Shown piece by piece: positions 1-5,583 of a stretch of DNA of 8,992 nt. Each line of letters starts with the position of its first letter. Within the stretch, counting starts at the first letter, position 1. Source of the DNA: Candidatus Auribacterota bacterium (GTDB taxonomy: Bacteria > Auribacterota > UBA6266); NCBI GenBank assembly GCA_023136205.1, contig JAGLRQ010000045.1, forward strand, positions 1 to 8,992, in the 5' to 3' direction. The notes under the pieces were generated by a model. The model was not told the DNA's origin. It saw nothing but the letters and a program-made list of their open reading frames with translations, and ran no database searches. Position numbers and translations under genes: made by a program.

Positions 1-324
1 ATCCAGCAGCATCACATGTAAGGCGCTGTTGGAAAGCGTAATATTGATAAAACCCGGGCCCGCTATTTCAATTTTTTCAAACTCTTCATCCGCTTTACAA
101 GAAAGCCTACCGCATAAAACCTCTGCAAGCTGTCTTGGATTGACGCCCGCAATCTTTGCATATCTCAATGCAAGGTTCGTAGACACATCACCATGACCGG
201 AATCTTTCGGAACCTCAACAGTCACATCGATCTTTTCAGAAATTTTTTTTCCGGATTCCTCCAGCACTCCAGAAAGAGCTGTGGCTAAAATATCCTGAAG
301 ATGTTTTTTAATTTTCTGGTTCAT
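1..324 (-). CDS. argS: Arginyl-tRNA synthetase, N-terminal 108 codons; the rest of the gene lies beyond window position 1
   Basis: Not in the ORF track because it runs off the window edge. Hand translation of the minus strand from the ATG at 324-322 is open to position 1: MNQKIKKHLQDILATALSGVLEESGKKISEKIDVTVEVPKDSGHGDVSTNLALRYAKIAGVNPRQLAEVLCGRLSCKADEEFEKIEIAGPGFINITLSNSALHVMLLD. The segments GD-x-xTN-xA, AK-x5-PRQLAE and EIAGPGFINI match the ArgRS N-terminal add-on domain (E. coli ArgS has PRQLAE and VEIAGPGFINIFL at equivalent positions). The start overlaps the rsfS stop as ATGA. Confidence 0.85.
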   Translation of the reverse strand, partial: MNQKIKKHLQDILATALSGVLEESGKKISEKIDVTVEVPKDSGHGDVSTNLALRYAKIAGVNPRQLAEVLCGRLSCKADEEFEKIEIAGPGFINITLSNSALHVMLLD

Positions 325-695
325 AAAAACTCCGCATCCCCCCAGAGCCGCTCCAGACTGTATTTTTCTCTTGTTTCTTCATGAAACACATGGACAATTA
401 CGCCACCGTAATCTTTAACTACCCACCTGGTTTTTCCAAGCCCTTCCGAACCCAGACATCTTATCATCTCTTTTTTCAATTCTTTTTCAATAGAATCCGC
501 GATAGTTTCCACATGCTTTTCCGAGTTTCCGGAACATAGGACAAAAAAATCCGTTATGGATGAAATATCCTTTACCTTCATTATTACGATATCTTTCGCC
601 TTTTTTCCCCGGGCTGCTTTTGCACACCTCTTCGCGATATTTCTTGAGTTAAGCGTACTCTTTTTAGCGGCTTCTTTTACAATTCCCTCTTTCAA
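321..695 (-). CDS. rsfS: Ribosomal silencing factor RsfS (iojap family)
   Basis: The ORF 321..719 translation contains the RsfS core: KKAKDIVIMKVKDISSITDFFVLCSGNSEKHVETIADSI...VVKDYGGVIVHVFHEETREKYSLERLWGDA. The start is ambiguous. The track start at 719 is a TTG with no Shine-Dalgarno (SD). The in-frame TTG at 695-693 has AAGGAAGGAG ending 11 nt upstream, so I prefer 695. There is no ATG or GTG between these and the conserved core. Confidence 0.88.
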   Translation of the reverse strand: MKEGIVKEAAKKSTLNSRNIAKRCAKAARGKKAKDIVIMKVKDISSITDFFVLCSGNSEKHVETIADSIEKELKKEMIRCLGSEGLGKTRWVVKDYGGVIVHVFHEETREKYSLERLWGDAEFL

Positions 696-1290
696 CTTCG
701 TAAATGCTCCTTCCTTCAATATAATTTATCACTTTTTTATCTATTTCACTTTTCGGAACATGCCCGGACATAAATCCATTTCTCAACGCGGTAGAAGACG
801 TTTTTATCAACGGGCCCTTAATAAAATGCATCTTAAGATCGGAAACCGCCCGCCTAAGTCTCGGAGCAATACTATAACCCTTTTCACCGCGCGGATAAAC
901 TATTATTTCACAAAGGCCTGAAAATTTTTCTATCTCTTTCCACAACATTAACTCACTTAACAAATCGGAACCTATAATCAAATAAAGTTTACTGTTCCTG
1001 TTTTTCCTCCTGAAATAGTTAAGAGTGTTTATCGTATAGGACTTGCCCCTTTTTTTTATTTCGTAATCGGATAACTCAAAATGCTCTTTGCCCTGAATGG
1101 CAATTTTGACCATGTTAATCCTGTCATGGGAACCTGCCGCCGTTTTGCCCTTAATCGGCCGAACATAACACGGCATAAAATAAACTTTATCCAGGGAAAA
1201 TCGCGAAAGCGCTCTTTGAGCTATCTTAATATGTCCGGAATGGATGGGATCAAAAGTTCCGCCAAATATACCAATTTTTTTATCAGTCAT
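664..1290 (-). CDS. nadD: Nicotinate-nucleotide adenylyltransferase (NaMN adenylyltransferase)
   Basis: 208-aa ORF with an ATG start at 1290-1288. It has the N-terminal GIFGGTFDPIHSGH nucleotidyltransferase motif (GxFxPxHxGH) and the C-terminal SST-x-xR motif (KTSSTALR). Its position next to rsfS is the canonical nadD-rsfS pairing. Confidence 0.93.
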   Translation of the reverse strand: MTDKKIGIFGGTFDPIHSGHIKIAQRALSRFSLDKVYFMPCYVRPIKGKTAAGSHDRINMVKIAIQGKEHFELSDYEIKKRGKSYTINTLNYFRRKNRNSKLYLIIGSDLLSELMLWKEIEKFSGLCEIIVYPRGEKGYSIAPRLRRAVSDLKMHFIKGPLIKTSSTALRNGFMSGHVPKSEIDKKVINYIEGRSIYEVERGNCKRSR

Positions 1291-1302
1291 AAACAGGTGT
1301 CT

Positions 1303-1362
1303 CGTATCGCGTATTGTGTGATGCGTATTGCGTTAAGGAACTTATTTAATACCCAATACGCA
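1303..1362. repeat. Cluster of four CGTAT(T/C)G heptamers, including a perfect 9-bp inverted repeat TGCGTATTG (1322-1330) / CAATACGCA (1354-1362) separated by 23 nt
   Basis: Read directly on the plus strand: cgtatcg 1303-1309, cgtattg 1310-1316, cgtattg 1324-1330, and the inverted copy caatacg 1354-1360. The cluster lies in the 114-nt proA-nadD spacer, the largest intergenic gap in the obg-to-argS run. The function is unknown (operator or RNA hairpin). Confidence 0.6.
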
Positions 1363-1374
1363 CGATAAAATCAA
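1346..1374 (-). promoter_or_regulatory. Weak candidate sigma70-type promoter for nadD-rsfS-argS
   Basis: The minus strand reads TTGATT (1374-1369), a 17-nt spacer, then TATTAA (1351-1346). Each hexamer matches consensus at 4 of 6 positions. One arm of the 9-bp inverted repeat sits inside the spacer. This is pattern matching only. Confidence 0.3.
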
Positions 1375-1404
1375 TAATTCAGCAACTCAATTACTTTTTA
1401 CTTA

Positions 1405-2667
1405 CTATTCCCTAATCTGCCCGTCACCTTTTATAACATATTTATAAATATTTAATTCTTCCAGCCCCATAGGGCCGCGGGCATGAATTTTATCGGTGCT
1501 TATGCCTATTTCCGCACCCATTCCAAATTCTCCCCCGTCCGTAAATCTAGTAGAAGCATTAAAATACACAGAAGACGCATCAACCATATTCAGAAATTTT
1601 GATGCGGTTACTTTGTTTTCTGTAATTATGGCATCTGAATGCATTGAACCATAATCGTTTATATGCTTTATGGCTTCCGCGACTCCACCCACAATCTTTA
1701 TAGACAATATCAAATCCAGATATTCCGTTTTCCAGTCCTGTTCATCAGCCCTTACGACATCCTTTATAATCCGGGCCGTCTTTTCACACCCTCTTAGCTC
1801 AACACCGCTTTTTCGCAGCCTTGCCGCTATTAACGGTAAATGAGTCCGGGCAATTTGTTCATCTATAAGCAGAGTTTCCGCAGCGTTACAAACACCCGGC
1901 CTCTGGCACTTAGCGTTAATAACAATATCCAATGCTTTATCTATATCAGCATCCTTATCAACATATATATGGCATATCCCTTTATAGTGTTTTATAACAG
2001 GTATTGTCGCATTTTCAACCACCGCTTTGATAAGCCCTTCCCCTCCCCTGGGAATTACAAGGTCGATATAAGAATTTAATTTCAATAATTCATTTACGGC
2101 CTCTCTATCCGTAGTTTCAACCAGTTGGAGCATACCATCAGGAGCCTTAATCCTGGACGCCGCTTCATTCATGACCTGTGCTATTGCCATATTCGAACCT
2201 ATCGCTTCTTTCCCTCCCCTCAATATTACAGCATTACCGGATTTAATACACAAAGCGGCAGCGTCTGAAGTCACATTGGGCCGGGATTCGAATATTATAG
2301 CTATCACTCCTATGGGAACACTTATTTTTGATATTTCAAGGCCGTTAGGCCTCGTTCTCTTATCAAGAACTCTTCCTACAGGATCATCAAGAGCAGCCAC
2401 ATCTTCAAGCCCTTTTGCCATCTGTTCAACCCTCTTATTATCTAACAGCAAACGCTCTAACATGGCTTCGCTGAGATTTGAGTTTTCCCCTTCTTTTAAA
2501 TCCTCTTTGTTAGCTTTCAAGATGAAATCTTTTTTATTCCTTAAAGCTTTAGCCATTTCTTTGAGGATTTTATTTTTATTATCGGCAGACATCGCCACCA
2601 GGCTATACGAAGCGTCTTTTGCCTTCCTTGCCATTTCTAAAACGTAATCTTTAATATTTATTGTCAT
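1405..2667 (-). CDS. proA: Gamma-glutamyl phosphate reductase (glutamate-5-semialdehyde dehydrogenase)
   Basis: 420-aa ORF with an ATG start at 2667. It is ALDH-superfamily ProA-like throughout, including the catalytic-cysteine context QRPGVCNAAETLLI and the C-terminal ASTRFTDGGEFG. It sits 11 nt downstream of the proB stop. Confidence 0.95.
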   Translation of the reverse strand: MTINIKDYVLEMARKAKDASYSLVAMSADNKNKILKEMAKALRNKKDFILKANKEDLKEGENSNLSEAMLERLLLDNKRVEQMAKGLEDVAALDDPVGRVLDKRTRPNGLEISKISVPIGVIAIIFESRPNVTSDAAALCIKSGNAVILRGGKEAIGSNMAIAQVMNEAASRIKAPDGMLQLVETTDREAVNELLKLNSYIDLVIPRGGEGLIKAVVENATIPVIKHYKGICHIYVDKDADIDKALDIVINAKCQRPGVCNAAETLLIDEQIARTHLPLIAARLRKSGVELRGCEKTARIIKDVVRADEQDWKTEYLDLILSIKIVGGVAEAIKHINDYGSMHSDAIITENKVTASKFLNMVDASSVYFNASTRFTDGGEFGMGAEIGISTDKIHARGPMGLEELNIYKYVIKGDGQIRE

Positions 2668-2678
2668 AAGCCATCACT

Positions 2679-3806
2679 CTAAAAAATTACCATATTATCA
2701 CGATGAATTATTTCATCGTAATCCTTTTTTCCCAGAGTCTTCTCAATCTCTGAAGTTTTTAAACCTTTTATTTTACCGATATCCGATGAACAGTAATTCG
2801 CCTGCCCACGGGCAAAATCATTACCGTCTTCATCTCTAATAACAACTACATCGCCTATGGAAAAATCACCATTGACAGACTTTATTCCCGACGCAAGAAG
2901 GCTTTTACCTCTGTCAACCAGCGCTTGAGCCGCACCTGAATCAACGGTAATAAAGCCCTTCGGCTTCTGGAAATGAGCTATCCACCTTTTCCTGCCTGCG
3001 AGCTTTGACCCATATGGAAGAAATAATGTTCCGACATCCTTTCCATCAAGAATCTTCAAAAGGACATTTTCTTCTTTGCCGTCCGCAATAACAGCAAACT
3101 CACCAGACCTTGTGACCATTTTAGCAGACCGGATCTTGGATATCATACCTCCCGTTGAAAAAGAAGAACCTTTCTTTCCGCATAAACACTCTATATCCTC
3201 TTTTATTTCTTTCACAACAGCTATACGTTTCGCGTCGTTACAATCTTTAGGGTCTTTATCCATAAGACCCTGAGTATCGGTAAGAAGGATAAGTAACTCT
3301 GTCCCGGTCATCTGGGCTACCAGAGCTGAAAGCCTATCATTATCCCCAAACTGTATCTCTTCAACGGAAACCGTGTCATTTTCATTTATCACAGGGACAA
3401 CATCCTTTTCGAGAAGCGTCAGCAGGGTATTTTTTGCATTGAGCTGCCTGACTCTGTCACTAAGGCCGTCATCGGTTAGAAGAACCTGGCCTGTCACAAT
3501 TCCTTTTCCGAAAAAAGCATCTTCATAAAACCTCATAAGCTGGCTCTGCCCGACCGCAGCCGCGGCCTGTTTCTGGCGAAGAGTAAGTTCTTTTTTATCA
3601 TACCCGAGTTTCCAGCGGCCAGCGGCAATAGCACCGGACGTTACAAGTATAACCTTCTTACCTCTTTCTTTAAGCGCATGGATCTGCCCGGAAAGAGAAG
3701 ATATTATTTTTTTGTCTATCTTACCCCTGCCGTCAGTCAAAACATTAGACCCAACCTTAACCACCAGGCTTGATATATCCTTTAGATTTTGTCTTAAATT
3801 ATCCAT
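2679..3806 (-). CDS. proB: Glutamate 5-kinase with C-terminal PUA domain
   Basis: 375-aa ORF. It has an N-terminal amino-acid-kinase fold (VVKVGSNVLTD, VILVTSGAIAAG, FGDNDRLSA) and a C-terminal PUA-like segment (ITVDSGAAQALVDRGKSLLASGI...GDVVVI). The ATG at 3806-3804 lies inside the last codons of obg, giving an 8-nt overlap. Confidence 0.95.
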   Translation of the reverse strand: MDNLRQNLKDISSLVVKVGSNVLTDGRGKIDKKIISSLSGQIHALKERGKKVILVTSGAIAAGRWKLGYDKKELTLRQKQAAAAVGQSQLMRFYEDAFFGKGIVTGQVLLTDDGLSDRVRQLNAKNTLLTLLEKDVVPVINENDTVSVEEIQFGDNDRLSALVAQMTGTELLILLTDTQGLMDKDPKDCNDAKRIAVVKEIKEDIECLCGKKGSSFSTGGMISKIRSAKMVTRSGEFAVIADGKEENVLLKILDGKDVGTLFLPYGSKLAGRKRWIAHFQKPKGFITVDSGAAQALVDRGKSLLASGIKSVNGDFSIGDVVVIRDEDGNDFARGQANYCSSDIGKIKGLKTSEIEKTLGKKDYDEIIHRDNMVIF

Positions 3807-4824
3807 ATTTCTTTACATTCTCTATTAATTTCAAAAGTTCTTCAATAAGTTTTTGGAGATTAATCTTTTCTTTAGCTGAAATGGGAATAATTATTTCCTT
3901 CTTCTCTCCGGTTCCCAATATAAAATCCTTAATCTTTTTTTCCCCTTTAATAAGATCAACTTTGTTAAGGGCAATCAGATACGGCTTTGATAAAAGATGT
4001 TTATCATGTTTTTGCAGTTCACCCTTCAGAACTTTAAAATCATCCGCGGGATTTCTACCTTCGCTTCCGGAAATATCTATAACATATAGGAGACCCCTTG
4101 TTCTTTCTATATGTCTTAAAAAATCATGTCCCAAACCCTGATTCTCACAGGCTCCTTTAATAAGGCCGGGAATATCCGCAAGCGTAAATGTTGTATCATG
4201 ATCAGCATTAACAACCCCAAGATTAGGGACAAGGGTCGTAAAAGGATACGCGGCAATCCTGGGCCTCGCCGATGAAACAGAGGATATCAGTGTTGATTTA
4301 CCCGCGTTCGGAAATCCTACCAGCCCGGCATCTGCTATAAGTTTAAGTTCAAGCAGTAACTTTAACGTTTCCCCCGGTTTCCCTTCCTCAGCGTACCTGG
4401 GAGTCTGTCTGGTAGCGGCTTTAAACCTTGTGTTACCTCTCCCTGAAACACCACCTTTCGCGGCTATAAATTTCTGTCCGTGCTGAACAAGGTCGCAGAG
4501 AACAATTCCCGATTCAAAATCCCTGACCAGAGTGCCTACCGGAACCTTCGAAAGACAGGTTTTACCGCTTACCCCGCTCATACACTTTCCCATGCCGGTG
4601 GAACCATTCTTTGCCTTCAGCTGGGGGTTATAAAAAAAATCAAGCAGCGTAAAAAGATTCTTATCGGCCTCTAAAATTACATCCCCGCCCGTACCACCGT
4701 CACCACCGTCAGGGCCGCCATGAGGAATAGACTTTTCCCTCCGGAAACTCACACAGCCGTTACCGCCATTACCGCTTATGGCAATTATTTCAATTCTATC
4801 AATAAATGATTTTTTCTTTCCCAT
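3799..4824 (-). CDS. obg: GTPase Obg/CgtA
   Basis: It has the Obg N-terminal glycine-rich fold (SGNGGNGCVSFRREKSIPHGGPDGGDGGTGGDV). GTPase motifs are G1 GFPNAGKST, G3 DIPGLI, G4 NKVD and G5 SAK. I place the start at the ATG at 4824-4822 (MGKKKSFIDRIEI...), which matches the usual Obg N-terminus (M-x-FID). The 13 extra codons in the track ORF (to 4863) fall inside the upstream terminator hairpin. Confidence 0.93.
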   Translation of the reverse strand: MGKKKSFIDRIEIIAISGNGGNGCVSFRREKSIPHGGPDGGDGGTGGDVILEADKNLFTLLDFFYNPQLKAKNGSTGMGKCMSGVSGKTCLSKVPVGTLVRDFESGIVLCDLVQHGQKFIAAKGGVSGRGNTRFKAATRQTPRYAEEGKPGETLKLLLELKLIADAGLVGFPNAGKSTLISSVSSARPRIAAYPFTTLVPNLGVVNADHDTTFTLADIPGLIKGACENQGLGHDFLRHIERTRGLLYVIDISGSEGRNPADDFKVLKGELQKHDKHLLSKPYLIALNKVDLIKGEKKIKDFILGTGEKKEIIIPISAKEKINLQKLIEELLKLIENVKKYG

Positions 4825-4830
4825 ATTCAC

Positions 4831-4873
4831 AAAAAAACACGAATGACCGGCAACGCATATCATCCGTGTTTTT
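4831..4873 (-). terminator. Rho-independent terminator/attenuator-like hairpin between rpmA and obg
   Basis: The minus strand reads AAAA-ACACGGATGA-(13-nt loop TATGCGTTGCCGG)-TCATTCGTGT-TTTTTT. The stem is 10 bp with one G-U pair, and the terminal stem T plus the tract form a run of 7 T. An A-tract lies on the 5' side. The run ends 6 nt before the obg ATG. Stability was not computed. Confidence 0.55.
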
Positions 4874-4889
4874 AAAATTTGATTGCTTT

Positions 4890-5135
4890 TTATTTACCTA
4901 GAGGCTGAACACTTACAATTCTTTTGTTAAACTGAAGAATGCCATCAATTTTCGCAAACAGGGTATCGTCACTGCCACGGCCGACATTACGCCCCGGCTT
5001 AAACTTTGTACCCCTCTGGCGGAGAATTATATTCCCGCATTTTATAGTCTGGCCGCCATACAGTTTTACCCCCAGACGCTGGGAGTTGCTGTCACGACCG
5101 TTGCGGCTGCTTCCCGCTGCTTTTTTATGCGCCAT
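4890..5135 (-). CDS. rpmA: 50S ribosomal protein L27
   Basis: [29 protein letters not shown]...[10 protein letters not shown] is a canonical L27 sequence. I place the start at the ATG at 5135-5133, preceded by GGAGAGG (5149-5143) with a 7-nt spacer. The track's upstream start at 5141 is a TTG inside that spacer. Confidence 0.95.
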   Translation of the reverse strand: MAHKKAAGSSRNGRDSNSQRLGVKLYGGQTIKCGNIILRQRGTKFKPGRNVGRGSDDTLFAKIDGILQFNKRIVSVQPLGK

Positions 5136-5167
5136 TATCAACCTCTCCTGATTTAGTCATTATATCA

Positions 5168-5482
5168 TTAAGAAACAGAAATATCCGTAATTTTTACCGC
5201 AAGATATTTTTGCCGGTGCCCCTTTTTTCTCTTTGAATCCTTGCGTTTCCGAAAGAAAAAAGCTATCACTTTCTTGTCTTTTCCCTCTCTGAGAACTTCG
5301 CCGGCCACCTTCGCTTCTTTTACGATAGGAGTTCCGATCTTAACCTTCCCGTTATCGGAAACAAGAAGAATTTTGTCAAACTTAACCTTTGCGCCAACTT
5401 CTTTATCCAAAAGCTCAATATTTATAATATCGTCTTTTTGGACTTTGTATTGTTTGCTTCCAGTTTCAATCACCGCATACAT
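5168..5482 (-). CDS. rplU: 50S ribosomal protein L21
   Basis: MYAVIETGSKQYKVQKDD... with the C-terminal RKRKDSKRKKGHRQ is a canonical L21 sequence. The ATG at 5482 is preceded by GGAGGG with an 8-nt spacer. It lies directly upstream of rpmA, as expected. Confidence 0.95.
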   Translation of the reverse strand: MYAVIETGSKQYKVQKDDIINIELLDKEVGAKVKFDKILLVSDNGKVKIGTPIVKEAKVAGEVLREGKDKKVIAFFFRKRKDSKRKKGHRQKYLAVKITDISVS

Positions 5483-5516
5483 TCTTTGAACCCTCCAATA
5501 TAATTACAGGTGGTAA

Positions 5517-5545
5517 AGTATACCCACTCTCTTCACCCTTGTCAA
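5517..5545 (-). promoter_or_regulatory. Sigma70-type promoter for rplU-rpmA (and downstream genes)
   Basis: The minus strand reads TTGACA (5545-5540), a 17-nt spacer, then TATACT (5522-5517). The -35 is perfect and the -10 matches TATAAT at 5 of 6 positions. The upstream flank is AT-rich (ATAAATCTAAAAGTTTGTCTTTAC). The predicted 5' UTR is about 30 nt and contains the GGAGGG SD. Confidence 0.6.
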
Positions 5546-5583
5546 GAGTAAAGACAAACTTTTAGATTTATCCCCGAAAGAAG

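Noticed and set aside
1293-1299. Shared 7-mer ACAGGTG (CACCTGT on the coding strand) in the nadD leader (1293-1299) and the rplU leader (5506-5512) as a possible common regulatory box.
   Set aside because: A given 7-mer is expected about once by chance on two strands of 9 kb. Its spacing to the start codons differs (2 nt vs 23 nt), and there is no extended similarity around it.
2171-2647. 158-aa plus-strand ORF. Other long plus-strand ORFs are 556..921, 1081..1368, 1840..2079, 3076..3273, 3770..4141, 4480..4674, 4939..5151, 5241..5489, 6393..6584, 6584..6886, 7202..7405 and 8388..8642.
   Set aside because: Each lies entirely or almost entirely antisense to a strongly conserved minus-strand gene. 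Their translations are low-complexity S/L/F/P/I-rich strings with no recognisable motifs, and none has a convincing SD. They are typical shadow ORFs of an AT-rich coding strand.
4621-4632. Homopolymer runs inside genes (for example the A-run within 4621-4632 in obg and the T-run at 243-250 in argS) as possible frameshift, slippage or pseudogene sites.
   Set aside because: The reading frames are continuous through these runs and the encoded proteins keep family motifs on both sides. There is no evidence of disruption.
4825-4863. Upstream extension of obg (MICVAGHSCFFVN-) given by the ORF track.
   Set aside because: The extension lies within the rpmA-obg hairpin and T-tract, is unlike any Obg N-terminus, and is Cys/Phe-rich. 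The ATG at 4824 gives the standard M-x-FID-x Obg start.
5136-5141. TTG start at 5141 for rpmA (MIM-AHKK).
   Set aside because: The TTG lies inside the SD-to-start spacer. The ATG at 5135 is optimally spaced from GGAGAGG and yields the canonical MAHKK L27 N-terminus.
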